DNA of 64,000 nt from Octopus vulgaris (Eukaryota). Positions within the stretch are counted from its first letter, which is position 1. The number at the start of each line of letters is the position of its first letter. The DNA lies in the NCBI GenBank assembly GCA_951406725.2, contig OX597823.1, forward strand, positions 41,540,001-41,604,000, given 5' to 3'. Shown here one piece after another: positions 1 through 13,767 of this stretch. The position numbers and the translations under genes were made by a program. The notes below the pieces were generated by a model. That model was given only the letters and a program-made list of their open reading frames with translations. It searched no databases and had not been told where the DNA came from.

Positions 1-150
1 CACCACCTTGAAAATTTTTTAGTCAGGTGAATTGGCCCCAGTACTTATTTTTTAAAGCCTGGTACTTATTCTGTCAGGCTCTTTTGCCAAACCAGTAGGT
101 TACAGGAACAAAACACATCAACATGAGTTGTCAAGTGGTGGTGACGGAAA
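1..150 (-). mobile_element. SINE family B, 3' part (truncated by window edge)
   Basis: Reverse complement matches the 3' half of the copies at 26262-26674 and 28076-28508 (ggcaaaagag..gacagaataagtacc.ggcttta). Confidence 0.7.
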
Positions 151-159
151 CATCAAATT

Positions 160-312
160 CACACTGTAAAGTGGTTGGCATTAGAAAGGGCAGTCAGTCA
201 AATACACCATACCAAAGCTGATACAGTAGCTTGTTGCAGCCCTGTGACTTGCTAGATCATGTCAGGCCCTTCAACCCAGGGCAGCATGGAAAGTGGACGC
301 TAAATGATGGTG
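160..312 (+). mobile_element. Retroposon 3' tail module D ending in (gat)n
   Basis: gtggttggcattagaaagggca...gcatggaaagtggacgctaaatgatgg; the same module is on the minus strand at 1238, 2103, 8268, 27595 and 48185. Confidence 0.65.
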
Positions 313-1499
313 ACACAGTACCAGTAACATATATTTTATTCTTGCATAAAAAACACAATGTTTTGACCTAATTAAAAGACCCATAATGACCCATATCTCT
401 TACCTTCTCAGTTTGAGTAATAAGTATTATTTTTTATCGTTAAATATTTACATCATATCTACATTTATCATAATCCTTCTCAGTATATTCATGGAGTAGT
501 GAGGGTTGTATTAAATATAAATATTAGGCAGCATGTTGCGACCATAATGATAAAAATGATTTCTTAGACTAGAAAATTAAGTTATGTCATTTGCTGAAAA
601 ATAATACCAGCAACACACATACATGCACATGCACACACACACATGAACATGCATGCACACTCACAGAGCATAGAGTCTGGTGTCTATTGACTTACACTTT
701 CAGATTATGCAATAATAATCATAATAGTAAACACATTATCAGGGCCATCTACTTTATGCCTACTAGATCACTAATGTACAAATTTATGGTTATGTTATAT
801 TGTATTTGTCATGTCTCTTGCCATTTTCTTTCATTACTAAGCCTTATCTAATTTCTTAGAATAAAAATTAGTTTAGTCAGTTACAAATGCAATATACATG
901 ATTATTCCCAAAACTTCTGTAATTGGATTTTGTTTTTTGTTTTCTCGCTTTACAATAAAACTCCAATTTTTTTTTTTTTTTTTTTGCATATGATATTGAA
1001 TTAATGAATTTAGAAGATATTTTGAAAGCAGGGCGGAAAACTAACGATAAATAAGAATATCCTTATGTGAAAAAGGCTGATGGAAAATAGATATTTTCAT
1101 GCAACAAATGTTCTGTAGCAGGGAATCAGAGCCATATTGAAGACAAAACATTTGAATGCTAATCACCATTAATGATTTCAAGTTTTGTTATGGTTATTTG
1201 GGTTTTCTTAAACACTGGTTGAAAAAGTTAAAGAAAATCATCATCAACGTTTAATGTCCATGGATTGACTGGTTTAACAGAAATTGATGATCTACAGAGT
1301 ATGCCAAGCTTCAGTGTCTACTTTCTGATGGTTTCTATAGTTGGATGCCCTTCCTAATGCCAACCACTTGACTGAGCTCACTGGCTGCTGTTTTCATAGC
1401 ACCAGCATCAGTGGGATCACCAAGTAACTTGTTAGACAAGACTCCTGAACTGAGGAAGGTATAGTATTGAGGGAGGTGGCTTTATACCATATGTTAAGA

Positions 1500-1800
1500 G
1501 GTTCACTCATTCCAAGGTGGCAGATCCCTCATCTAGGATACCACATACTGTAATACCTTCTCCAGCAGTAACTTGGTGTGTTCAACTACAAGCCCAGGCT
1601 CTGCTGTGAAAAGCAAACTGTCACGATATTGGTTTCTCTCTGACAGATTTATGGTCAAGCCTGTGGCAGTGACCTCTAGCATCCTTGGCCCCAGACCGTA
1701 TACCTGTTCACTGTTATTGGGGCAGAGATTGCAGTCAGCAAGTATAAGGCTCATGTGTCAGAGTGGCTGTTCCAGTGCATCTCCCTTCCCATCCTCTGAA
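1500..1800 (-). pseudogene. Degenerate LINE (RTE-like) AP-endonuclease fragment
   Basis: Translation SLILADCN...YGLGPRMLEVTATGLTI resembles the APE motifs LI.GDFN...G.RLLEF....L.I; heavily decayed. Confidence 0.4.
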
Positions 1801-2102
1801 ACAATGCATTTTCCATTTTGTCTGCTGGGACTATGAAGCAGTCTGACTTATAGGAAACTGTACATTCTGTTCCTTAATGTAAAGTTACTCCACATATATA
1901 TATAATAATAATGTATGATACATACAAAGAGAGAAAACCACTATGTGGATTTCTTAAATGCTAAAAGTGGCAGTATGTTTCATACACCATTATATTTCAA
2001 AATATCTATCTTCTGACTCATATTACACATGCTAGCCACTGGTAAAAATTTATCTAATAATTTTTACCCTTGTATTTATAAAGTTTTATAGATATATATA
2101 TA

Positions 2103-2310
2103 TCACCATCATCATCATCGTTTAACGTCTGCCTTTATTGCTAGAATGGTTGGGATGGTTTCACAAGAGTCAGCGAGACAGAAGCCTGCAGACTTCTATG
2201 TCTGTTTTGGCAGGATTTTTACAGCTGGATGCCCTTCCTAACACCAACCACTTTACAGTGTGAATTGAATGCTTTTAAGTGGCACCTGCACTTATAGGAT
2301 CACCAAGTAC
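2103..2310 (-). mobile_element. Retroposon tail module D
   Basis: (cat)n gtttaacgtctgc...acagctggatgcccttcctaacaccaaccactttacag. Confidence 0.7.
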
Positions 2311-2544
2311 TTGCAAGAGAAAAAGAAAAAAAAACTTTCAAGAGGAGTTGGGGCATTGGAGGAGGTGACTTTGTGTCAGATGATGAAAGGTTATAGTGAG
2401 ACAGAGAGACAGAAACAGGTGTTATGCTGTAGTGGAAGTACAAGGTTACCCAACTAGAGAGAGAGAGAGAGAGAGATCAAGAATGAAGACAGAATGACAA
2501 TTATGTCACCAATCAGTAATTTTGGGAGAAGTGCAAATGTAAAC

Positions 2545-2619
2545 ACACTTTACATGCACTCACATACTCACAAGGATATACACTTTACATGCACTCACAT
2601 ACTCACAAGGATATACACT
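2545..2619. repeat. Perfect 35-bp tandem duplication
   Basis: acactttacatgcactcacatactcacaaggatat occurs twice in tandem. Confidence 0.9.
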
Positions 2620-2884
2620 CACAGACGACTATATGCCAGGTTTCCACTTAGTTTCCTCTTCTTAGATCAACTCAAAATGCCTTGCTTTATCCAGGATTAC
2701 GGCAGAAGACACTTTTCCAAAGTGTCAGCTGTAAGAGGGAACACAGAACCACATGGGTTGATAAACAAACTCGCTAACCACCCAACCATGCCTGCACCTA
2801 TATATATGTGTGTGACTGGGTGGCTATTATGTGTTCATGTGTGTGTGTTTGTTTGTGTATGTGCTTATTTGTTTGGGCTGATTC

Positions 2885-3110
2885 TGTCTTGAAGCAGGTA
2901 GGACTTCAGTTGGTTTTTGAATCTGGGTTTTGGAGTTTCTCAATATGATTAACATTGGTGAGCTTACTGTAGAGGATGGTCTGGGAGTGTCTTGAGGGGG
3001 CCATTTGGATGACATGTTCTGACCATCTGAGGCAATGCTTAGGGATGGCAGCTTCAGTGCTTGGCATTTCTGAGTGTTTGAGGACTTCATTGCTGGTGCA
3101 TTGGTCATAT
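2885..3110 (-). pseudogene. RTE/BovB-type LINE ORF2 C-terminal fragment
   Basis: TSNEVLKHSEMPSTEAAIPKHCLRWSEHVIQMAPSRHSQTILYSKL matches the RTE-clade motif N.EVL.R..MPSIE......LRW.GHV.RM...R.PK.ILY.EL. Confidence 0.8.
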
Positions 3111-4641
3111 TCATTTAATGTCGACACATATATAATCATATTCACCATTGGATTTTGTTTTCTGTGCTGGTATAAGTTGGATGGTTTGATATGATTTTGG
3201 TGAGCCACAGGACCACATTCTACACCATGTCAGCTTTGGCATGGTCTCTATGGCTGGATGCCCTTTCTTATGCAAGTCACTTTACAATGTATACTGGGTG
3301 CTTTTTCCCATGTCACCAATGTTATTGGGGTTGCCAAGTTACTTGCAAGGCAGGAAAGGACAAGAAAAGGAAAAATGTCTGAAAGGGGAAGGTCTACTCA
3401 AATGATGGAAATATTTGGAGGGGTGGTGAGGAGAGTTCATATTAAGGACAAGTGGGTGTGTCTTACTATAGAAAAGATAGATGGCTATCCTGCATTTATA
3501 TAAGGGTGGATGGGAGTATCTCTGAGAAAGGTAAAGTGGTATTGATGGGGTACTGGAGCAAAACTCTCAAGATGCAAGAGATGATACAGGTAGTAAATCA
3601 GGTGGGGATAGTAACAGATGATTGAATATGTGGGTGGAGGTCAATGAAGTGACTCATGAATAAGGGTGGAGGTGTGGCTTCATGGAAAATATCATTATGG
3701 CAGGGTATAAGAAGAGTGAGATACGACTGGCTCAGGGACGATAGTTCAGGGAGAAATAGGTGCAGGGGGAGGAAGATGTAGAGATATGTGAGGGGTTGTT
3801 AGAGTGTGGGCATGGTGGTAGACAAGAGAGGGCACTGAGAAGGGAATGATCTATATGTGTGATTATGTAAATATATATATATATATATATATATCTTTGT
3901 ATGTATTCACACACACATACATGTAATATGTGTGTGTGTGCATTTAAAAGTCTACCCCATTTAATCTAACTTGAAAAATAGATATGAAACTAAAAACAAA
4001 AACTTATTTTTTGTCTTTGGTTTCTTTTAGATTTCCAATTATATCTTCCTGCAATTATTTGTCAGTTCATTCATGTAGAATTAACTATTGAGAGTATCTA
4101 AGATCTCAACAGAAATATTTAACCCAAAACTCATTGATGCAAAGTAATTTTTTCAGTTCTTATTAATTTCTGAAAATAGTTCCTGGCTAGAGGCAATCGA
4201 AAGAGCAAATTTTTTTATATTTGTCAGATAGAGCAACATTCCTCTCTTCTTTCTTTCACTTCTCTCTCTTTCTCTTTCTTCTTTTTCATATATTTCTGTT
4301 TTTCTTAATATGTCAACGTTGCCTTTACCATATTTAGTCTTCCATTTTCTTTACTTCTTTTTTTTTTTTGCATAAATAATATCTTGGTTATTTCCTCTCT
4401 ATCATATTTTCAACTTCTCAGTTCTTTTTAAACACACTTTCACACAACACACATACACATACAGACACATGCACACTTTCACTTTTAACACATTAATACC
4501 AGAAATTTAATAAATTTATATATCTGTATTATTAGCTCAATCAATGACTTATCCACTTATGTAAGGTGAAAAAAAAATAAAACAGATTTCAAATCTGGTT
4601 AGAATAGCTTGAAAATGATCCTCCTTCAGATTGACATGAGA

Positions 4642-4701
4642 ATCTCCTCAGCTGAAGAATTCACCTTTTGGCTCAGAAGCTCCGTGGACTCAGTTGGAGA
4701 T
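4642..4701 (+). ncRNA. Degenerate type-I hammerhead ribozyme-like motif
   Basis: atctcc..CTGAAGA..(weak stem II)..GAAG ctcc-gt-ggac TC..ggagat; outer stem I atctcc/ggagat. Confidence 0.35.
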
Positions 4702-5154
4702 ATTCAACAACCTGAGAATGACAACTGGATGATCAAAAGTTGCTTTGGTCAGCAGGGGTAACAAAACCAGTCCAACCACCGGTGAATATACAGAGGCACA
4801 CCATACTGTGGGGTACTACCTTGTCTGCCTCCTATTACATTAACTTGCTAGCCAAGACCCCTCAACTGAGAGGTTGTGTAGTATTGAGGTATATGAAATT
4901 ATGATAGAGGGAGAAGAGCAGGTGTCTTACTGAAGGGGTGAGTCTATACATTAGCTAGGTAATAGATATCCATTTCTAGGGCATCAGACATGGTATTTGT
5001 TCCAACTCTCTTTGCTCTGAGTTCAAAACCCATCAAGGCCAATTTTACATTTCACCTTTTTGGGGTTGATAAAAATAGTGCTAATCCAAGATGATTTGGT
5101 AGATTAGTAAGAATTCTGAAGCAGATACCTTGAAGATTATGTTCCATCTTTTTG

Positions 5155-5405
5155 CATTCTCAATAGAAATCTTACCTATTTCTTTATTACCCACAAGGGG
5201 CTAAACATAGAGGGGACAAACAAGAACAGACATAGGTATTAAGTCGATTACATCGACCCCAGTGCATAACTGGTACTTAATTTATCAACCCCGAAAGGAT
5301 GAAAGGCAAAGTTGACCTCGGCGGAATTTGAACTCACAACGTAACGACAGACGAAATACCGCTAAGCATTTCGCCAGGCGTGCTAACGTTTCTACCAGCT
5401 CACCA
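5155..5405 (-). mobile_element. SINE family A, near full length
   Basis: Reverse complement of the 21205-21440 copy: B-box-like gagttcaaattcc, central gactttgcctttcatcctttcggggt, tail agccccttgtgggtaataaagaaatagg. Confidence 0.85.
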
Positions 5406-6156
5406 TCACCTTCTTGAGTGGTCAATGTAAGACATCACCTAGCTCCTTGTGTGCCTTTGTAGAATCTATGTTATTGGAAACTTTGAGCCAGGTCACAAGT
5501 TTGAGGATATCCTCCTCCCATCCACCTGTCATAAAAGCCCCGTCAAAGGTCATGGACGCAGCCTTTCTTCCTGTCTCAAATATAACAAAATAGTCCTAAA
5601 CAGACATTGCTAAATATTCTTGTTGGCATTTATCAAAATTTAGTTAGTATTTTTCTTGGATTTGGTTGGCCATTTAACTGGTTAATATCTGGAATCCAAG
5701 ATAATTGGTGATGCTCTGGAATGGCTACAAATTAGTCTGTAGTAGAATTTATGGAAAATTCGCCATGAAGGTATTTCTGTTGAATTCTAGTAATCATCCG
5801 GTTATCAGTATTATGCAACTAAGCTAAAATATGGTTCGATTATTGATAAAGATTGATATGTTTTTATATTGAATTAACTACACCAACAAAGTATCGAGTA
5901 TCTATGCTAGAGGGGCTTACTGAGAACATTAAAATTCTTTTAGTATCAAGGATTTTTGACCTGTGCTTTTGGTATGTTTCAGATACAATAAAAGTTAATT
6001 GTTATTCAAATGTTTATTTCAATGAACCTGTAATGACTGCAGATAATAATAGATTAGAGTGAGAGGGTATAGTAATCAGTGATACAGAAAGGAGGTGGGT
6101 AGTTGATGCTAAGCTATCAGGGGATATGCATGTGTATGTGTGTTTGGTGTGTATTA

Positions 6157-6545
6157 TCATCATAATTATTTAAAGTTCACTTTTCTTTGCTTGCATTGAT
6201 CAGACAGAATTTGCTGGGGCAGATTTTCTTTGGTCAGATGCCCTTCCTGTCACCAACCCTCACTTGTTTTTTAGAAAAGTAATATTTTTCCATAACCAGG
6301 CATGCTTTTCATGGAAACAGCATTATTTCTATAGGGGAGCTGCTCATGTCAAAACAAAGGTAACATGCACACACACTCACACACACAATGGACTACTTTC
6401 AGTTTCCAACAACAATATCCACTTACAAGGCTTTGTTTGGCCCAGCGCTGCAGTAAAAAAGCATTAACTCGAAGTGCCATACAGTTGGGCTGAACCTGAG
6501 ACCACATGGTTGGGAAGCAAACTTTTTAACCACCCACGCATGCCT
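6157..6545 (-). mobile_element. Composite SINE: family B head joined to tail module D
   Basis: B head at 6385-6545 (ccacatggttgggaagcaaac) plus D tail at 6157-6310 (gatgcccttcctgtcaccaaccctcac). Confidence 0.6.
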
Positions 6546-6554
6546 ATATATTTT

Positions 6555-6775
6555 ATTTTTTTATTGTCCACAAGGGGCTAAACATAGAGGGGATAAACAA
6601 GGACAGACAAAGGGATTAAGTCGATTACATCAACCCCAGTGCATAACTGGTACTTATTTAATCAACCCCAAAAGAATGAAAGCAAAGTTGTCCTTGGCAG
6701 AATTTGAACTCAGAACGTAATGGTAGATGAAATACCACTAAGCATTTTGCCCGGCATGCTAACAATTCTGCCAGC
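6555..6775 (-). mobile_element. SINE family A
   Basis: High similarity to 5155-5405. Confidence 0.85.
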
Positions 6776-8024
6776 TTTATTATGCATATCTGTAATATTT
6801 CTGCCAGCCTTATGCATACCTGTATATTGATTGATTGATTAATTGATTGATTGACATATGGATAGATGGATGGATGGACAGACGGACGGACAGACAGATG
6901 GATGGATGGTTGGGTGTAATAGTAGATAGGTTGATAGACAGACAGATGTATTTGCAAAAACATTCAGTCACAAAGATTCAATCACATTAAGCCATTGTAA
7001 ATCAGATGTGTATTTATTGAAACACTTAAAATGCATTTAAACACTTAATTTTATTAAAATGCACACAATCCTCACTAAATGCATCTATCTCACATGAAAC
7101 AAACATGAAACCCTCACATTCATATTATGTATGCATTCAGATACATAGAAGTGTGCATATATGCAAATATATTTACACATCAGCATATTAGCTATAGATA
7201 TGAACACCAAAAAGACCAGGATTTCCTTTTCGTATTTTCTCTTTTGAAGTTCGTCACTTGATGTAATCATTTTATAGACACGCTTCCTTTCTTCATCATT
7301 AAGTTATAATTTGAATATGATTATTATTATTATTGATGTTGTTGTTGTTGTATTTTTTTTTGTATATAAATCTTATCATTTTCTCTACATCAATATATTG
7401 AATCCATGCTATTTCCGGATCTGATTTTTCATTGTTAGAGATCGTATCATTTACAGTTTAACCATGTTAATAATTCGCTTTAAAGCATTCAGAAACCATG
7501 AAATATATTAAAGTTGATGGCAGCAGGAACTGAAAATAAAAGGGGAAAATCTGATGTTTTTACATCTCAAATTTATTCATTTATCATTTATTAAATGTGT
7601 TACTGTGATGATGATGATGATGATGAGGATGATGATGTAGCCCATACTGTTTTACATTCTCATTACTCTCAGCTACAGTTAGCAATCTTTTATCTCATCA
7701 AAAGCTGTTATAAGAATCAGAATTACACTAAGATCATACTGCATGACCCAACAAAACTACATCAGATGTTTTTATTCTCATTGAGAAGTCTCAGGCTTCA
7801 TCTTCCTTATTTCTTTTATTTATATTTTTTATTTGTTGCTGTTATTAAAAATTCTGCAATGTTCTGGAACTTATTCATAAAATATTCTTAGAAGAAAGCA
7901 AATGAAAGAAACTTTTGTTTTATTTTGTAGTCTATCATCAGTTCCATTCAAGAGAAAGATTTTGAGCTCAGCATTGCAAATTATTGAAATTATCCATATT
8001 TATGCAGTAGTCATGTTGTGCAAC

Positions 8025-8265
8025 ATGGTACTTTTGGAAATTTAGTTGATAAAACAATTGAGATATTTTTCACAAGCAATGGTGGTACTTTTGACAATAT
8101 AACAACTGTGGTGTTAATTACAGCTGTAGTTATATTTCACAATTTAGTTGATAAAGTAATTATGCTATTTTTGACAATTTAGTTGATAAAACAATTAAAC
8201 AAGGTTATTTTTACAGATTAGTTGATAATGAAATTGTGTTAAAAGTATTCACAAGTGATTTCTTT

Positions 8266-8300
<35 letters not shown>

Positions 8301-8700
8301 TTAGCGTTCGCTTTCCATGCTAGCATGGGTTGGACGGTTCAACTGGGGTCTGTGAAGCCAGAAGGCTGCATCAGGCCCAGTCTGATCTGGCAGTGTTTTT
8401 ACAGCTGGATGCCCTTCCTAACGCCAACCACTCCATGAGTGTAGTGGGTGCTTTTTATGTGCCACCCGCACAGGTGCCAGACGGAGCTGGCAAACGGCCA
8501 CGGACGGATGGTGCTTTTAACGTGCCACCGGCACGGGGGATAAAGCAATTGTGGTAGTTCTAACAACTTTGTTGATATAGCAAATGTTGTACATTGTACA
8601 ATATGAAGTTACTGTGGTAAATTTGACAATATAGGTAATAGAAATGGCAGCTTAGCAGAATTTAAAAGAAACGACAATTTAGTTGTTAAAGCAGTTGTTT
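8025..8700. repeat. Degenerate ~34-bp minisatellite, interrupted by a retroposon at 8268-8538
   Basis: Recurrent tttgacaatttagttgataaaacaattgtggta-like units on both sides of the insertion; a further unit near 9075. Confidence 0.65.
8268..8538 (-). mobile_element. Young retroposon copy with tail module D
   Basis: (cat)n followed by CpG-retaining ttagcgttcgctttccatgctagcatgggttggacgg...ggatgcccttcctaacgccaaccac. Confidence 0.8.
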
Positions 8701-9332
8701 TTGTATTTGGTTTACAAGATTCTTGTTGTGAATTTGTGTGTTGGAAATACATTTTGATGTATCTTGGGAGGGTCATTCTCTCCCTCTCCTTCTCATACAT
8801 TCTTACTCACATCTATGTAACAATATAAATAAAGACCCTGCAAACTAAAAGACAAATAAACCTGAAATAGAGAGGGTGTATCAATATCACTGATGAGATT
8901 GCTAATGGCAACAAAAGGACTTCAACAAACCTAACTGATTCATAGACTGGACAAATGATTGATCGCTTAGTTAATATAGTTAAATTGTTAACCAATTGAC
9001 AAATGAATTACAGCAAAGTGAAATAGAACCAGTGCATGTGCTTATTGGCATAATGACCCTACTGTGATAGAACAAAACAATTGTAATACTTTTGACAATT
9101 CAGTAAAGCAATTGTGAGTTAAGGCCAAAGCCAATATCTGTCAGCTTAGTGATAGATATGGAGCTTCAGCCATCTTGCTTAAAAATAGATGCCTGAGCAA
9201 CACGTAAAACATCACACAACTAATCACACTACAACACACCATGAGAGATCCCCTGCATGAAATCACAGCCATATTTCCCTCAAATCACACACACACTGTT
9301 GGCTTAGATAAGGAAATGATACCAGTGATTAT

Positions 9333-9726
9333 CTGTGGTTCTCAACCTTTTTTGTTTTCCCCTATGGACCCCTTTGATTACTCTTTTATTCTGGTGGGCT
9401 CTCATAGCCATTCAAGGTTCGAAAGCCAGTTTTATAGATTATTCTTTCAAAATTCTGCTTTTGTTTTTCACTCATTTCCTTGAACAGGTTGCAACAGCAC
9501 TCTCTCAGAAATCGTGTTTCATTGGCCAGAAACCTGTTAAATCATGTAATACATTAGTTGAAAGAAACTTAGCTGTTTCTTGCAATAAATACGTTTAAAC
9601 CAGAATTTTTACATGGATCCTTAAAATATGCCTGTGGATCCCCATTTTACTATTTTGTTAGCACAGACCCTTAAACATCTTACATGAAATCCCCGGGGTC
9701 ATGTGGATCCTGGTTGAGAACCATTG
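9333..9726. mobile_element. hAT (Charlie/MER5-like) MITE
   Basis: TIRs ctgtggttctcaacc (9333-9347) and ggttgagaaccattg (9712-9726) match the CAGTGGTTCTCAAC hAT-Charlie terminus; internal ggaccc/ggatcc subrepeats; TSD not recognisable. Confidence 0.75.
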
Positions 9727-10064
9727 TCTTAGATAATATACTCCTACATACTCTTATATGACAGTCATGAATGGAATGTCTTTGATCACAAGACTGCTTA
9801 CATGGAACTAAGCAACACAACACTTACACCAATATGCTACTTATATATGCAAACAACATATCACCTCTATTACCATTATTCTTATCATCGTTACCATTGT
9901 TGTCATCATTAGTGTCTGCCAAGGCTTCATCACCATCGTCATTGTCATTGCAATAATCATCATTGTCATCATTCTTGTTGTCATTGTTAAACCAGCAAAC
10001 TGGCAGAATCATTAGCATGCTGGGGGGGTCAATAAAATAAGTACTCATTGGGCATGTGGACCAA

Positions 10065-10370
10065 CATGTTTGTTCCTTCTCGAGCCATGCCTGGCTCATA
10101 AGGGCCGGTTTTCCAGTTTCCTTGGCGTACAGGTTCCCCACCTGGATGGGATGCCGGTCCATTGCAGGTGAGCTGCAAGATGCAGGAGGAAAGAATGAGA
10201 AAAAGTTGTGGCGAAAGAGTCAGCAGAAGCTCACCATTACCTTCTGCCAGAGCCACATAGGAGCTTAGGTGTTTCGCTCATAAACACACACATCGCCCAG
10301 TCTGAGATTTGAACAAGTGATCCCTTGACAATAAGTCTGCTGCTCTAACCACTAGGCCATGTGCCTCCAC
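10065..10370 (-). mobile_element. tRNA-headed SINE family C (tail type 2), nested in a family A SINE
   Basis: Head gtggaggcacatggcctagtggttagagcagc on the minus strand; TSD atgtggaccaa at 10054-10064 and 10371-10381. Confidence 0.85.
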
Positions 10371-10760
10371 ATGTGGACCAATGTAATCAGCTGTCCTCCT
10401 CTCCCAAAACAGCTGGCCTTAATTAAAAATTTGAAACTTTTGTCTGTGCCATTGTTACCATTATCAGCATCAAGTTAATCCTGATCATGCAAGGAGTTCG
10501 GAATCCTTATCAACAACACCAGTACCTCCAAAATATCCAAGCTATGCTTACAAATACTCAGTAATTACTTAAATTATTTCTGTTTAGGATTTCATAAGTT
10601 TAGTCATAAGTGAGTTCTTCAACCTGACCTTTGTAAGATTATTTCTGATTGCTATCATTAATTTTTAGATTTGCTTCTCATGTGGTGTAGTCTACTTGAT
10701 TAGATAACATGGAACTGTCTGTAAAAATATTAAGTACCGGCATACCAATATTTAACAAAA

Positions 10761-10845
<85 letters not shown>
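10761..10845. repeat. (ATT)n microsatellite
   Basis: Direct reading. Confidence 0.95.
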
Positions 10846-10848
<3 letters not shown>

Positions 10849-11197
10849 TGGTAATAACTACAACTATAGACCATAGTTGTCACAGTGATAACCACAACAA
10901 TTCTCACTTATTTAATGGTTGCAACACAGTTGTTGGGTAATAGTTTTAACATTATTTATTATTCAAAGATTTTTGTTTTGTTTAATTGCATTTGTTAGTT
11001 TTTCTCATAAAAAAATGAAAAGAACCACGAAATTTAAATAAAAAGAAATGAAAAAGTCAACTGTATTATGGATTACTTTTAATTAAGTGATTGGTGACAG
11101 TTGCTCTCTGTTAATGGGTTACAATAGCTGACGATGGATAGATTGAGCAAGGTTGGGAAAATAGAAGATTTGAATTGTTTAAAAGAGTTTGTATGCG

Positions 11198-11238
<41 letters not shown>

Positions 11239-12669
11239 GGTAGTGATAGACGATGGTGAGTGAGCTAGAGTGTAAGAGGAAAAAAGTTGATGGTAACTAG
11301 TAATTTCCAAGGAAAGAATGGTTGAAATCTGGGCGATCTTCACTATAAAATTAGATTAATGTCTATGTTTAACAATTTTTAACTCCATTTTCAAAAATGT
11401 AAAAAAAAATTTTTTTGAATCAATCAAATTTTTTATGTATTTATTTTTTGTTTATTTTCCGTTTTTTTCTTCTTTTTTTTCTTACAAAATATTATTATTT
11501 TCCACTACTGCTGCTACCAGTGTGATTGGTGGTACTGGTGATGCTACTGGTGTTTCATGGTTTTTATTTGAATCCATCTAGAAACTAAATGCCAGTCTGT
11601 GTAGTAATGAATTTCACTTCATAACCATCTTGTGCTAGGTTTGATCCCACTACATGTCACTTTGGGTAATCAGTGGCTATTTCTACAACAGCCACTAGTT
11701 GACCACTGTCTTGTAACTTGAAACTGTGTGGTGGAATTTCGTTATATGTACCCTTATGCTGAGACTAAAAATTAGTTGATGGATTAACGGAATCTTTTAT
11801 AAAACACACCAAATGCTGCTGTGGTTCATGGCATTCTGAGTTCAAACTCCTCCAAGATCATCTTTACCTTTTGTCCCTCCAAGGTTAGTAAGATAAAGTG
11901 CCCATTATATTCTGGGCTTGATGTAAACCCTCATCTCCAAAATCTGCTGGCCTTCCACCTAAATTAGGAACCATTATTGTAATTATTATCATTAGGTGGT
12001 GACCTAGCAGATTCATTAGTATACCAGGCAAGATGCTTAACATCACTTCATCTCTCTTTGCATTCAGAGTTCAAATTCTGCCAAGGTCAACTTTTGAACC
12101 AGGGCAAAGCTGTCACTCTGTTCAGCATGATTTTCTACAGGAATGACTCTTTATATATTCTCCCCAACATTGACTCAATCTTGCATCGCATCATGGAATG
12201 ATTTAATCATCAATACAAAGGGATCTGGGTAGCTAAGGCTGCAAAGTATTTTCCGCAGAGACACCCTACTTATAATATCATTGGCTTCTGTGTTAGATCA
12301 ATGAAAACCTGGACACAACTCCTATTCTGCTCATAGCACTTATCCTGTCTTACATATCCCATTTATGTATGTATATATGTGTGTGTGTGTGTTTGTATTA
12401 ATTATTGATTGTTTAGTGTTTACTCTTGTTGATTTTTCTCATCTTTCACTTATACAGTAAAGTTTTTAATGGTATATTTACTTTGTATGTTCATTTATAT
12501 ATCTATAAAAGTACATTTAGTAAATCTTGAGTCGAGCGATGGTGATGTTGGAATTAATCTCATTCATATTCTTGCTATATCATTCTGCCACATCATTCTT
12601 TCTTGCTTTATCTATCTTTTATACATTGAAACCTTTTTGATGTCTTTTGAGGTCATATTTCTATCTGAA

Positions 12670-12709
<40 letters not shown>

Positions 12710-13767
12710 TCATCATCATCATCGTTTAGAAAATATCACATGGCAATATACACACATGCACACACACATTTATACACATGCACATATATATTCCTTATAT
12801 GCTGTCTTTCTTTGGCATTTATGTTTATGTAACTGATTAGTTTGAGAAGTATTTCTCTCTATATCCATATCTATATCTTACACAATCTACTTATGTTCTT
12901 GGTGTTGGATTGCAGAATTGGCTAGGTTCATGAAAATACGGACCTCCTCCTCTTCATCATCATCATCATCATCATTTGTCCATGTTCCATGCTGGTGCAT
13001 GAGCTGGAGGGTTTGACATAATCTGACAAATCCGAAGACTGCATTGTATTCCAGTGTCTACAACTTGATGCTGTTTGAAACACCAGCCGCTTTACAATAT
13101 GTACTGACTGCTATTTTCCTTATTATTGTACTACCAATACAAGTGAGATTCCCATACAGTTTGAAAGATTACGAACCCTTGAGAGAGGGTTTTTATACCT
13201 GCTAATAAAGGGTTAAGCATGTTACAAGCGGGTAGAGTAGATTTCTTGTTTTCGTAGGAGCTACATGACAACTTAGAAGATAGGGGAGGAAAATGGTTGA
13301 GTGTAGCTGGAAAGAGATAAAATAGTGGTGATTAGGTGTCTGGGTTGTTTACAAGGTAAATAGGAATGAATGGGGACAAAGGAACGAAAGTGTGGGTGGA
13401 AGAATGAGAAATTGAAGAATGCAGAGAGGCTGGCACAGTGGTGGAGAGGACTGGTGGATCTGGTTGGCTCTATGCATGATGATGCCTTTGGGATCAGTAA
13501 CTTGGAATGATCCCAGCCACATCAAACAAGAGCATGAAGCCAAGACAAACCATAATAATAATGATAATAATAATCATCATCATCATCATCATCATCTTCA
13601 TTATAAGAATGGTAAAAGGCAGAATCAGTAGGGCAGTAAAGATAAGTTTTGAAATGTTTCAATTCTGATTCTTTACTATCTTGAATTCAGATTCTTCTGA
13701 TCTCAACTTTGCCTTTCTTTCATAAGAAACCAATGGAATTGTATTACTCAAGTACTGACTTAGTTGG

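Noticed and set aside
7931-7987. Acceptor followed by the short frame SIISSIQEKDFELSIANY*
   Set aside because: Such acceptor-like sites are common in AT-rich DNA; no donor or homology
8025-8700. Regularly recurring ~34-bp motif suggestive of a CRISPR array
   Set aside because: Eukaryotic context, degenerate adjacent units, no unique spacers and no cas genes
8890-8920. CTGATGA-g-a-ttgc-taatg-gcaa-c-aAAA hammerhead-like core
   Set aside because: No pairable stem I or III or NUH site found; could be chance
10588-10609. ag|22 nt|gtgagt possible mini-exon
   Set aside because: Not frame-preserving, short pyrimidine tract, no other support
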